The translations under genes and the position numbers were made by a program. A stretch of 64,000 bases of DNA from NCBI RefSeq assembly GCF_006345805.1, contig NW_021832232.1, positions 62,001-126,000 on the forward strand, in the 5' to 3' direction. The notes under the pieces are model-generated. The model was not told where the DNA came from and searched no databases. It saw nothing but the letters and a program-made list of their open reading frames with translations. Origin of the DNA: Octopus sinensis (taxonomy: Eukaryota). This document shows, piece by piece, positions 37,897 to 50,830 of this stretch; position 1 is the stretch's first letter, and the number at the start of each line of letters is the position of its first letter.

Positions 37897-38019
37897 ACAG
37901 ATAAAGTATTTGAATTACAAAAATTATATTTTCATATATACTAAATATTGAATAAATAATTTAATAATTATTACGATTATTGCAATATCTGTCCTAACCG
38001 GTATCCCGTGAGGGTGGAG

Positions 38020-38360
38020 CCCTCAGATCTCAACAGAAAGATGACAGGAGGCCGACAGCGTCTGGCCTTCCCGTACAAGTAAAGCGATCGTCTGAAAAAT
38101 CCTCTGACACTTTTGCGTCAACATGCCTTCTCGCGTTCGCGATCGAGACAACGGCGACGAAAGCTGAGATTCGCAAAACCAATAAATACGGATCTCTTTC
38201 GGACAGATTCATTTTCGAACCAGCGTCACTTGCCGAGAGAGGCCGTCGCCTCGGATAAATTAGAAAAGACCACACAAGCACAATTGGCTCTTTGAGTCTG
38301 TCTCAATAGCAGTTCTTAGGGGGAATAGTTTCTCAATTCTCTCTGCGGGTAGTATTTGAT
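38020..38360 (+). mobile_element. Degenerate CRE-like RLE 3' fragment (further lineage)
   Basis: RKDDRRP, SDTFAST, KAEIRKTNKYGSLSDRFIFEP and WLFESVSIAVLRGNSFSI. Confidence 0.7.
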
Positions 38361-38639
38361 TTCCTTTTGTTTCGTATTAAAAATTTTTTTATTACACAAA
38401 ATCTGTCCTAATATACATCAAATAATCTACTTACAAGTATTGAAGATATTTCAACTCTGATATATTCCTCGCAATGTTTATATCGACAAATTACAATGAA
38501 AGATCCAATTAAATCGAATTGGAAACAGAATCCAAAATAAAATTGAGTCTTTGACTGAAATGGATATATTAATCTACTATCAAAGACGAATAAAAGAAGA
38601 AAGTCATTGACATAAATTTAACTCAGTCAATTTATTTAG

Positions 38640-40400
38640 AGCAATCAATAAACATCCTCTATCACTGTGCAATTACTATATTGGCCTCATTGACTTGGAA
38701 CCTCCTCTTTGCTTCCGATCCGCCTCCTTCTGCCAGACTTATAGGCCAGGATACAGCGTCCGTATTCTCGACAGGTTCCTCTGATGTCTCGTGGTGGCTG
38801 CTTTCTCCACTTAGTCGTTCATTGATTGGATGATTCACCGCCGTAGCTAAGAGTTTATATTCCGGACAATGCTCTCCGGGGTTTTTTTGATCACGATTGT
38901 CTGAACATAAGCACGAGTTGAATCATGGACTTGTATTGGATACTATTCCATCCCATGTGAGAACCAGTGGTACGACGTTTACATTTGCATTGTGGATTGA
39001 CTTCAATCGTATTTATGTAATTGCCAAAAAAATCATATTTATGTAATTTCTCGACATAAGTTGCAGTCCTGAACCACACACAGCATTCCCTCTGACCTTG
39101 GAGAGTTATTCCCATGAGATAACCACCAGGACGATTCCTTCAGATCCATGTCTAAATCATCATAGCAATTAAACAAAATCGAGTGAAGTGGCTTTTTTCG
39201 TATCTGTTCAATTAAGTGCTTTCCTTGCAAATCCTTCAGTTTGAGGCTTTCCGGAGTTGCAAATTGGTCTTTTCTGCATAGGAATTCCTTGATAGTGGCC
39301 ATGAGTGTTTTCTTTGATCTGACGGCCTTCAGGATTCCTTCTCTTCTCAAACAATTTTTTGTTTATACATTTTGTTACAAGTTTATATAAATTTGCCATG
39401 CAAGTAATTGGTTTCAGGTCCTTAGGTGAGTCAAAAATTTCTTTTTTGATATAAGATAAATAATTCTGGTATAAAACCACTCATCAGGTGTGTATTTTCT
39501 AAAAATCACCAGTTGTGTCCTCGACACCAGTGACCCGAATATCTAATAAAATCGAATCCCACACGGACTCTTGTTTTACCCAAATACTCTCCCAGAATGA
39601 AAGACACTGACTCTGGTCAAACATAAACTCCGTATTCTTCTTTTTCTCAGGCAAGTTTCTGTAGAACTGCCTTCTGTTAAGCTCAAAACACATATTGTCC
39701 CTCCGGAATTTTTTCCTTGTTTCATGGGTTGCCAGTTTTTTCCGGGTGACATCATGGATGCAGGTGACAATTCTAAATAAGTCTCCTTTTATGGCCTTCC
39801 TGTATCCATATTAGCTCAAAATGTCTCTCAATTCATTGCTGAATGATTTACTCGTTTTGTTATTGTTAGTTACTTCCTAAGTTTGTCAAGCTTCGCGTTC
39901 ATAATTCTGATCCACTCACTTCTTTGACTGATGCGGTGGGTTTTTGGCCAGGATGTCAGCAATGTCATTAAGATTAGCCGGTTGATTTGCTTTCATAAAT
40001 TCTCCAATCGAAGCATTTATGCCAGTCAAAATTTCTTTATCAAGAAGCTGATAGGGAACTTTCCTGGTCGGCGTCCGTAAATCGCGTGGAATTAATTTTA
40101 CTTGTTCGATTTGAAATTAAACTCAATTAAGCAATTTCCTGAAAGAGAAATTTCCGTTTTAGAAGACATATTTTTCTGGGTTTCCCCAGATAGATATGAG
40201 TCCTCCTTCATACTACTCCTCACAAGTGACTTCACATTCAATATTGATTTAGTGGTCTGAAACTTTTCATTGAACGCCCTTGTTATATGAAGCCATCCAC
40301 CGCGAGGAATTCTTCCAAATCTTTGTCTGGCGGAGTGAACCACTTCTGTGGCCCACTTTGTCGGCTGCAAAGTGAGCAGGCCTTCGGGGCCTACTAAAAG
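38640..40400 (-). mobile_element. Internally deleted R4/Dong-like RLE non-LTR retrotransposon
   Basis: RRQFYRNL, FWESIW, LKPITCMANLYKLVTKCI, KPLHSILF, SSWWLSHGNNSPRSEGMLC and RAYVQTIVIKKT. Its 3' region resembles 50530-50830. Confidence 0.8.
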
Positions 40401-40450
40401 AATTAAAATATATCCAATCTGATAATATAAAAAATAAATTTTAAAATACT

Positions 40451-40463
40451 ATTGCTAAGAAAC
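40451..40463 (+). promoter_or_regulatory. X-box-like motif upstream of LRRCC1
   Basis: ATTGCT-A-AGAAAC, about 28 bp before ATG 40491. Confidence 0.3.
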
Positions 40464-40490
40464 GGAATCAATCGAGGTAAATAAAACAGA

Positions 40491-43400
40491 ATGAACGACA
40501 AAATTCAGCAAAAATATGTCAGCAAAGTTGGATCAGAAATAACCACCATTGAAAGCTTAGACATATCACCTTTTTTGCAGGTTTATTTATTAAAATAGTT
40601 CGAGATATTAAATTTACATTGCAACAAGATAGCCAGAATTAGTGGTTTAGACAAAACCCAGTTCTTACAAAGTCTGGATTTGTCTGGCAACCAAATTACA
40701 AAAATAACAGGCCTTAATTGTCTCAACAATCTCCGGAATCTGAACTTGGCTTGTAATCTCATTACTTGTATCGAGAACCTCAGCAATCAACGGTAACAAT
40801 GCTATTGATTTTGACAGGCTTTTAACTAATTTAAATCTTTCTTACAATGACATTCATTTGGTGGATGGGTTGTCGGTTTTTTCAAACAAAAACTACTCAC
40901 TTCAATGTCTCCTTCTCCACGGAAACCAGATTTCGGGAATTGAACGATTCAAATCGACAGTCGAGGGTTGTCGGACACTCAAGACTTTGACTCTTTCTTA
41001 TGACGGTGTCTCCAACCCAATTTGTCTTGAAAAGGGTAAGGATTAGATTTTGACTAATTTAAGGATATCGTGACAAAATCGTGGGAATGTCTCAAATAGA
41101 CAACATTGATGGACATTCGAGAACCGGGAAAAATCAAATTGAGATTCACAACGACTATATTAATGCCATATTTTCTTCGGATGAAACAACTGTATTTTAT
41201 GGCCAAAATCTTTTAGATTGACGGCACATTATCAGCAATAACACAGGATTCGGACATTTCATTATCAGAATACTCAAAACATTCCCACAAAGAGCCTTCC
41301 AGGGATCGGCAAGCCCAGATCATTAAATGCTATGACAAATCTTGTGAAGTTGACATTTTACCTAAAGATTGCTCGACTAAAAGTGAAACTGATAATAAAA
41401 ATGAACAAAAAATTGAAAATGAAAACGAAATCATTGACAGTAAATCTGACGAAAAAAATAGAAACATGATTCTTAGTTGCTATAATGTTGACCTATGGGT
41501 GACCTTTGTTTTTAGGCACTGACAAACGATTTGGAAAGGGAGCGAGAACGTCGAATTGGAGCCGAGAAATTAAATTCAAAGCTTACACACGCCATGAATT
41601 TACTTAATGAAAAAAGTAAGATTTTTAATTTTATTTAAGTTACAAAAACAACAAAACAACTCTTAAAATATAGTTCTACTAATTCCGAGTTAAAAAAATA
41701 TTTGGAGGAACAAGTCAAAAAATACAATGAACTTGATGAAAAATATATTGCAGAAAAGGTTTTTAGAATTTTTTATTAATTGCCAACAAGGAAGCAGTAA
41801 AACAAAAATCACTAAAAATAGAGGAATTGTTGAGTAGTCTATCAGAGTATAAAGAAGCCACAACCACTTTGGAACAATCACTAATTACCAGAGACGCACA
41901 AATCGCAAGAGACAGTGCAACCCGAGTACCAAAATAAATTAAACATTTTTAGATGAAAGTCGAAAATGAAAAAACAATCGAGGTGAAAGCAAGTCGACGA
42001 GAAGTTGATTTATTGACGTGTAATAACGAAAAACTTAAAAAACAAATAACAACTTTGCAACAAGTCATTGCAAACAGAGAACAAGAATTTCAGTCAAATT
42101 TTGTAATTTTTAATTTTTATAGAAAACAAAAGGAAGGATTGTATTCTATAGACAGCAAGGACTTTGAAAAAATTTTACAAGATAAAATTTGTTCTACAAA
42201 ATCCTTTTACTCGCAAAAAATGGCCGAAAAAGACCAAAAGTAAAAAATAAAAAACATTTTTTTAGAATCAAAGAACTTGAAATGTCAATTCAAAAACAGA
42301 AGGAAGAGTATATTCTCAATATCGAAGAAGAAAACCAAAAGCAGTACGAAGTAATAATTAATTATATATTCTTTTAGCTTCAAAATGCATTCAAGACTAA
42401 ATGTCTTCAAAATGCAGACATGGAAAGGGCAATGGAAAATTACAAAACTAGAGAAAGCCAATCTGTTTCGCTTATAGCAGAACTTTCCAACGTTCGATTA
42501 AATTAACTTGACTTTTCAGGTGGTCAGGGAACAACAAAAGCGACATCTCGATTCGACAAATCAAACACACCGCACAAATGAAGATCTTAAAGTTTTTTGA
42601 AAATATTTAATGATATTGAAGAAAACCAGCAAAGACTTTGAAGATCTTTTGCATAAACATAAAATTCTAGTCAGTCAAAATGAGGAAACCAAAAAAGTGT
42701 TTTGTTATTTAACAATTCTGAAGAGCAAAATTGTATTGGAGAGAAAACTAAAAGGATTGGAGGCAGTTATCGAAGGCTTAAGGGCCGAAAGGGCACTGTG
42801 GAGCAAGGAATTGGTAAACCAAGGTTTTGTCTTAAAAGTTTAACTTTTATAGGAGCAATGCTTTCAGCGAATCGAGGTCGAATCGAAATTAAAGTAGAAA
42901 ATCTTGAGAAAGAACTAAAAAACAGAAAAATGCAAGAAGAGGTAAAATTCTGTACACATTTTAAAATAGAAATTAAATGATACAATTAAAATTAAAACAA
43001 AAATGTTGGATGATCAGACTGAAATTATCCGAAAACTCAAAGATGGTTTGGCTGAAAGAGATACAGAAATTAAAAAACTGACAAATCAAGTTGTTTCAAC
43101 AAGCCAGGATTCAGAAATTTTTTTAAATGAGTTGGAGAAATTAAAAGTTATTCACACATAAATTAATTTTGAGGCCGAATTTGAAAAAGTCAGCGAAAGA
43201 AAAGATGCTCTTAAAATGGAAAATCAAGATTTAAACGAGGAATTGGCCGATTTTACCGAAGCATACAAGTTTTTGCCAGAAAAATAAAAATAGTGAAATC
43301 AATGAAAAGTGGGAGAAGCGAATAGAGCAAATTAAGGAATTAGAAACTAATCTCGAGGAAGGACGCCAAGTGTGGAATGAGAAAGAAAAAAAAATAAAAA

Positions 43401-43728
43401 ACGAACGAGACAGAGCAGTAGCAGCGGCAGAGTATTCTTCAATCAAACAAACAACAAAATAGATTTGCAATTAAAAAAATGAAGGAAATCGAAACAACAT
43501 ACAATGAAAAATACGCTATGGACAAGCAAGAAATAGAAGAATTCCTTAAAGGCGTTGAAAACGCTAAAATGCGGCAAGTTGATGAAATAAAACAAAAAGC
43601 TGGAATTATTTGTTAACTATATTTAGAATTCTCAACTTCAACGAGAAATATTTGATCATTTAAGCAAATATAATTCATCGAGAGAGCAATTAAAAGAAAA
43701 ACTCGAACAACTTGATTTATTTGTTTAA
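40491..43728 (+). CDS. LRRCC1: Leucine-rich repeat and coiled-coil protein 1 (centriolar)
   Basis: SDS22-like LRRs (LNLHCNKI, LDLSGNQI, LNLACNLI, LLLHGNQI, NPIC) followed by a coiled coil with VIEGLRAERALWSKELVNQG, NRGRIE and KTKMLDDQTEIIRKLKDGL. Confidence 0.88.
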
Positions 43729-44808
43729 AATTTCTTGCAAAATTAGAATTGCTTGTAGCTTTATTAGTTGAAATTCAGAAGAAATTTAATTAAGCAAATA
43801 CTCGTTTTTCTTTTTATTTATGAGAAATAAATTCTAGTCAACAAAAATACCTCAAACTTAAAATATAGATTTGCTGGTCGTTTTAATTTAGAGAGCTTTT
43901 GACAAAATCCAAAAACCATTTTTAGTACTCAGAACAAGGTAAAAACAAAAAAAATAATTACATGATCCCGAGTCACTTCACAAGCAAAAAATTCATTTAT
44001 TCTTTCAAGCAAAAACCTCTCCAAAATTTTTGTCATGGGCAAAAAGAGACAGTTTTAAAATACGAGGGGTTATTTTTAGGTCTTCCAGGTTGCTGCATCG
44101 ACCTTATCTGTTTTCACAATGAAGGTATCACAGTTTGGTTGATAGAGTAGTTGAAAATAGCTGTTAGAAAAATATATCTTTCGTCACCAAGATTTTTAAT
44201 AGAATAACTGAGAGTATGTCGTTTTGTGAAATGCAAAATATCCAACACCTCTTTCTCCGACAAAAAGAAAAATGCTGACTATTTTTCGAGTTTTCTGTTT
44301 GAGAGTAGTGTGTCAAATTTCTTGCGCTCCTTATGTGATATTTTCGCATAGAAATTGATCAAGTTATCACATTCTTTCAAACATACTTCTCTGCTCATGA
44401 GTTTCATTGCCTTTTGTCACGCGCCAAATAGCTTTATACACTTCTCCTGTTTTCCGATCTAATAACAGATTAATGGTTAGTTGTCTTTCCTAACATTTAG
44501 ATCGAATTACGAAATGAAACCAAGATAGTTACTATGAATAGAGTTAAAAAATGTTAAGTTTTTTGAATTTTTAGCAATTATCTTGAGTGAGTAATTAGTG
44601 TCAGACTATGTAGGTCACGCTGGTCGCCAGCGTAGTTCGCGACATATTTAAAAAATCTAATTTAATAACACATCTGGACTAATTTCCTTAATGATGCACA
44701 AGTTTTTTCAAGTTTAAAAATATGTTACATTTAAAAATCAACAAATTAAACAAGCACCCAAACAAAAATGTAAATTTATTAAATAAAATAATTTTAAAAA
44801 TGAGTAAT

Positions 44809-46130
44809 TTAGAAGATATCTGGACACATGGACCAATCCTGTTTTGCCTTGGCAGTCCAATACCCGCCGATATATCGATACATTGAAAGTCCAGTCCACT
44901 CATCTGTCATCAATTTAAACCAAAGTGGACAATGTGTGTTCAAAGCTGCTAAATGCCAGAAAAGACTTACAATGATTGTTTCTCTTATCTCGTTGCTTTT
45001 GTTCAAGACTCAGTTTAATCTGACTGGCCAAATCCCAGTTTCCTTCCTCCATACTTCGCTGATCTGGCCTCAGTCGAGAGTCCGTCGGGGCCACTCCATT
45101 TTCGTGGGCGTTCAACTGCAAAGCAAAACGACCAAAACGGTATTTATTCTCATTTTCCGGCCTAACACTAACCAACAGTCACTCACGGATATCCGACAGC
45201 ACTCCACAAATCAACAAACACTCCATTCCCCTGCTCCACCCTCAAATAACTGTCCCACTCCCCCTTTAGACGCATCTGCACCACTCCACTGGCATCTTTA
45301 ATATCTCCCGTCACCTACCAATCAAAAACACACAAAATGACCAGTCGGGTTATTCGGGTAGAAAAATAACTGGAGGCATGGAAGGTCAGTTTGCATGAAT
45401 GTCCAGTCGTGTGATTCACCACGGTCAATTCCCCGTGATTATCAACCCACATTTTCCCCACAATAATATTATTCACGTTGATTGGCAGTCTTTTCCACGA
45501 ATATGAATTGCCGCTCATCCGAAAGTGGACAACCGAATGACCTGCCATGAACAACACAAACAACCAAGGGGGATCATCCTCAAATACTTGCCTCTAAATT
45601 TATTGGAGACAGTCATTTCATGGTAGTACAGCCACTCGGCTGACTGGGTGTGTTGGGCCATGGTTGGGGGGTGGTGGGAGACTTGTTCGGCAATTGTCCT
45701 CCACCCAAGATCAGCCAGACGGTCGAATTCGTAGGTCTCGGAAAGAAGGGGGTTGAATGGTTTGTAGAAACGGTGTTTGGTGGTGGAGTAGGAGGAGACC
45801 ACAAAAGCACACAAATTGGCCATTTCCATTACGGGATCAGTCGGAAATGAGGCAGCCTTGTCCAGAAGGTGGCTATATTCTAACAGTTCTGTTATTCGCT
45901 GGAGGAGGGATATTGGCTCGTTGAAGTTTATTGGGAAGGGAATTTTGGTGAGGTCCAATTCGATGAATTTTGAGATTATTGGCCACAGTTTGACCGACAT
46001 TTCCAGTCGATCAGGAATTGTGGACCTCCATTTTCTATTTTCAGTGGCCGGTTTTTCGTTGTAGAAAGAAATACCGTCATCACTGGAAGTAAGTTGAGAT
46101 ATGATACCCAGTCTTTAATTGACAGTCCAT
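44809..46130 (-). CDS. OSBP: Oxysterol-binding protein, ORD only
   Basis: DLTKIPFPINFNEPISLLQRITE, KPFNPLLSETYE, EQVSHHPP, IIVGKMWVDNHGE, PTDSRLRPDQR and GGYW..W..CPDIF*. Confidence 0.92.
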
Positions 46131-46462
46131 GTCTTTAGCTACCTGCGACATTTACTCAACAATAAAATTTTGGTCACAGGAAATAAAACTTTGGAAATAC
46201 ATTTTTGTACTATTTTTAATTTATTTTTTATATCAAAAATATTAATTAATTATTTTTAAAATATAATAGGTTCCTCCTGTACAGCGGAGTAAAGACGCCT
46301 GTGCTTGTTTTGTTCATTCTGTATTTTGACCTGAATTAAAAAATTGTCTTTATCCTTATCTATTATTCCATCTTTTTAATTGATTTTAATATTTTCAAAA
46401 TAATTTTGAGCAATATTACAATTTAGTAATTAAATAAAATAATAAACAATCTCTGTTTCGTG

Positions 46463-47266
46463 ATGCCTGGTGGTTCCGACGTGACACAAAACAGTGAAGA
46501 AGTTGAAATAAGCGTAGAAGAACTCGTCAGACGACTTTACATCGTAAAACTATATTGACCAATAAGCAACAAGTAAAAAGGCTTTCCAGAATGAGAAGTT
46601 AGCGCCTGAATTGTTGCCACACAACGAGGAACTTGTCGCAGCCCTGATCTCCCAAATAACCCTTATTGACCAGAATATAAAATCTGTAAGAACACGTGAC
46701 CTACGAGTGAGTCTTCACCAACTGGAGGCAATCCCCACCCAATAATATCGTAGAATGAGCGCCTCAAGTATTTGGTGTCGTCATATCTGCGTTGTCGCCT
46801 CAAAAAAGTATTAATATGGCTGAGAGTGCAGATCGAGGACTGCATGGAACACTACCAACAACTCGGCAACTACCATGTGCTGTCTTCCTACGAATTGGAC
46901 TTTCTGAAAGGGTAGTGTTTGTGTGGAGGGCAGTTTCAACGACTTGATAAAGGGGTATATTCGGTATCATGGACTGGCCCACTTGCCGATAAACATGCGG
47001 CACTTTAAGGAATGTGAGAAGGGTGGTGAGTAGTCCTGACTGTGCAGAGTCCAATTTCCCTAAGCCGTATTTGCACAGATTTGTGTATATTCGGTGTTTG
47101 GAGAATATGGGGCAGGTGGTGTTGGGAGATCAGACAACTGGGAGGTGTGGTGTGTGCTCTTATTATCAGGAATAATATCGTCAATCTTAGTAAGGACGAC
47201 CAGTTCATTATTCGTTATGACCTCATCAGAGATCTTGTCCTATCCAACCGTGTTGAACTTATTTGA
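46463..47266 (+). CDS. GINS4: GINS complex subunit 4 (SLD5)
   Basis: FQNEKLAPELLP, LHQLE|NERLKYLVSSYLRCRLKK|IE, FVYIR and a C-terminal IIRYDLIRDLVLSNRVELI*. Confidence 0.88.
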
Positions 47267-48099
47267 TTGTTTTTAATTGCTACACTCAATGTCTAATTAT
47301 GTCATATTGTGTGATTAGTTGGTTTAGTCAGGCTGAGAAAATGGCTAGGGATTGTGGAGATGACTGAGTGGGACTGTTCCTGTGCTAACGTAATAATCGC
47401 TTTAACACACGTTTATTGAGTGTAGTCTGGCAAAGGAGTAAATTGTCGAGGGAAATGTTCTTTTTATTGAAAGGCGATTTTAAAATATTTGACTTTTCCT
47501 GGAAATGCTTTTTTATTGTTAAATTTAGGTTTATAATATTTTGCCTATCTTTAAAATTCATAATTTATAGGCAATTATTATTTGTAAAAGTACAACTTCT
47601 ACTCCTGGAATTGATCATTAAAATTTCATCTCAGAATTTTTTTATTGAGCCATTTTTTCAAGTTAATCAATTATTGTTATAAAATTAAATTCTAATTAAT
47701 CCACGCTAATTCGTTGATTGAGAGGACGAGCGAATAGACAGGCAGTTTCTCAGAATTGAAGTGAAAATTGGTATTCATAAATCGATTTACTAATTCGAAA
47801 TTTGCATTTAACTCAATCGCATAGCATTTTTTAAACAAAATAAGATTTTTTAAAAATCCTTTGATTGAAGGCAATCTTTGACATAGTGAGGTAGCGATAA
47901 TTGACAAAGAAAAACATTTTTTTTAATTTTTAGCGTTATTTAAGGGTCAATAAGTGTTGTCAATATTTTAAGGATTTAAAATTATTTTCAGAATCTTTTG
48001 AATTTTTCAAAAAAAATAATTAAAAGTCAAAATACTTCATATTTTATGGGTAAAAACGTAAAATACTAAAATTTATTAAGTGGTGCCATGACTTTTTGG

Positions 48100-48212
48100 G
48101 CCCACTGTACCTAGCTTAAATTCACTATATAATTCACTATATAAATTTAGTTTGAAAAAAGTAGCTAAGGGTCCGCAAATAAAATTCATCGGGCTGCGGT
48201 TGAGGACCTCTG
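48100..48212. mobile_element. Adjacent solo transposon ends (Tc1-like ...CACTGTA and hAT-like ...GAGGACCTCTG|CTCTAGTC)
   Basis: Only terminal motifs are present; no partner ends were identified. Confidence 0.4.
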
Positions 48213-49289
48213 CTCTAGTCTATTGGATCTACTTTAAAAATAACAATTAAAATGGTATTTTATGAAATTAACATTATTTTTGATTCATTCAAATTGAAAT
48301 AAGTTTTAATTTTAACTTTAGGTTTTTTGATTGAAAAGAATTGATTAGTTTGGTTAAATAAGGAATATTTGTTGGTTAACCTATAACATTGAATAAAATA
48401 TTAATTATTCGACTATATCAGAAAATGCTTTCAATACTAGGTTTGACATTAACTTGTAATATTCTATATTATAAGGATTTCTATTTTTCATGAATTTGTC
48501 ACAGAGTGCAATTACAGCCATTCAAGAAGTTAGTAATAGTTTAAATTGAATATATTTAAGGAATCAGATGATACATGCGCATCCTGCATAAATGGTCTTG
48601 CGATTGGATTGCAGTTTTACGTTTGTTCAACATGTAAAATCCTTAATAGAGTCAATACTCTCCTGATCACTTTGATCCAGTAATGCGGGCGACTCAATTT
48701 TGCATGGATAGTGGACGCTGCCCAGCAGATTATGTTTCTGCTTAATCAGCACAAATTAACCTTCTCTTTCCTCAATCTTAATTATTCTCGAATAATCAAT
48801 TATCTTTTTAACCAATAAAAAAATTATTTTTACTTATATTTTGTGTTTGTCCAACTTTCGTATTAGTAAAAGTGAAAATTTTAATTTTGCTGTTTCAAAA
48901 AAACAATTTTTTGTGAATTGTAATTTTCTTATTGAATCTTAATTTCACATTAAATACTTATGTTTTTCGTGAGAACAGTTAAAGACAGATTTGGAGATAT
49001 TTTGAGGTTACATTTTTTGTAGGCATTCAATAATTAATATTTTACATTTGATTTATTAATGTGGTTGGAAATTTTTATTCGATTTAAATAATGTCGGGTT
49101 TGTATCAAAATTTCTTGGTTATTTTCGTTTTTTAGAGTGCAAGGAAGATTACATTTTTTTGTATTTATGGCCCCTGATTAAAAAAGTTTGAGAATAACTA
49201 GTTTATACATTTGAGTTAATTATATATATTTTGGTCTAAGACTTTTTAGATAATGTAGATTACATCCGTGTGAACCATTATATTATTTT

Positions 49290-50200
49290 TTCGACTTCCT
49301 TATAATGAATTGAATTAAATTTTTTTTCTCTTTTCATTGAAGCTTTCAAAACAGACCAGCATTTTTCTATTGAGTTTAGCGCTGCACTATATGGACTTGC
49401 ACGTAGTATTTCAATCCCATTAAATTCTTCTTCAATTGCTATTAATTCCAGAAAATATTTGAAAATTGATCATTTAGTGATCCAAGCATTCTTTTAACCC
49501 AATTTTGACAATCTTCTTTTTAGCTTCCTCTCTGTTTCTCCCAATATAAAAATCCATTTTGTGAAATGGCACCAATAATATTAATGTACTTCCCTTTACT
49601 TGTAGGAAATTTTAAAATGCAGCGCGACCCTTTTAGAGTACGACCTTGAGTCCTTATCAGAAAGGTTCACATTTGTTTCATCAATGTAAATTATGTGTTT
49701 TGCTTGACAAATTTTTTCATTTAATTTTTTAGCATAAACACGACGTTTATGTTTATTGTCTTCGGAATTTGCAGCCACGGTTTCTTGAATTATTTTTTAA
49801 CCGTAAATAGTTTTTCATTTAAATGACAATGTACCGTATTAGTTGATATCTTTATATTTGTTTGGCGGAAAAATTTATTCATAATTTCGTTTAAAGTTAT
49901 TGAAAAGTTTTCTTCGAAATCATAATTTTTACATGATCGTCAGTTATTTTCGATTTCCTATATCCACCTCTTTGTTTAGATTTATCTTCGCTTCGTCTGA
50001 TCCATTGTTTGGCAACAATTTAGGCGCTAACTCATTTTGAAAAGCCTTTTTTATTTGTTGCTATTAATCAATATAGTTTTACGATGTAAAGTCGTCTGAC
50101 GAGTTTTTCTACTGTTATTTTAACTTCTTCACTGTTTTCTATATCCACCCCTTTATTTAGGTTTATCTTCGCTTCGACTGATCCATCCATAAGCTGTCGA
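49290..50200 (-). mobile_element. Tc1/IS630-like transposase remnant
   Basis: IIYIDETNVNL, ILRASPYSAALNSIEKCWSVLK, and a duplicated N-terminal segment (about 49958 and 50139). Confidence 0.7.
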
Positions 50201-50529
50201 TTTCTTAATTCCATTTGCCTCCGCAACGGCTGCCCAATCCATGTCTTTGATAGCCTGGGATATAATTTGTTGTTTTAGTTTTACGTTAACTCTTTTTTAT
50301 AATATGATTGTCATGTTGTTCCTTTTTTACACCTCTTTTAACTGAAGATTCCATTGTTCCAGAAACAAGTTAAATACTGAAATTGAACCTCAGCATTTTT
50401 CAAAACCCACATTAAGATTTCTTTTGACAGCGGAAGTGGCGCTCATTATAACTTAAATTGACATATTTTAAATATAACTTGACATATTTTAAACTCATGT
50501 ACATAAATTTTAAATCCAAATTAGTAAAT

Positions 50530-50830
50530 TCGTTGAAGTGGAAAAAATATCTTATGAGAATTTTGGTTCCAACTTCTTTCTCTTTGGTATCGATCCGCCT
50601 CCTTCCGCCAGATTCATGGGCCGGAATACAACGTCTGTATCCTTGACAGGTTCCTCTGGTGTTTCGTGGTGACTGCTGCCTTCACTTAGTCGTTCATTGA
50701 TTGCATGATTCACTGTTGTAGGTAAGAGTTCGTACTCCGGGCGCATGCTCTCCAGTGTTATTTTGATCACGATTTTTCAAACATATTCACACATTGAGTC
50801 ATGGACTTGTAGGGAGTTTTGGTATTGCTT
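50530..50830 (-). mobile_element. 3' fragment of the R4/Dong-like family seen at 38640-40400
   Basis: Clear nucleotide similarity to 38700-38940, e.g. GATCCGCCTCCTT, ACAGGTTCCTCTG and CACTTAGTCGTTCATTGATTG. Confidence 0.8.
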
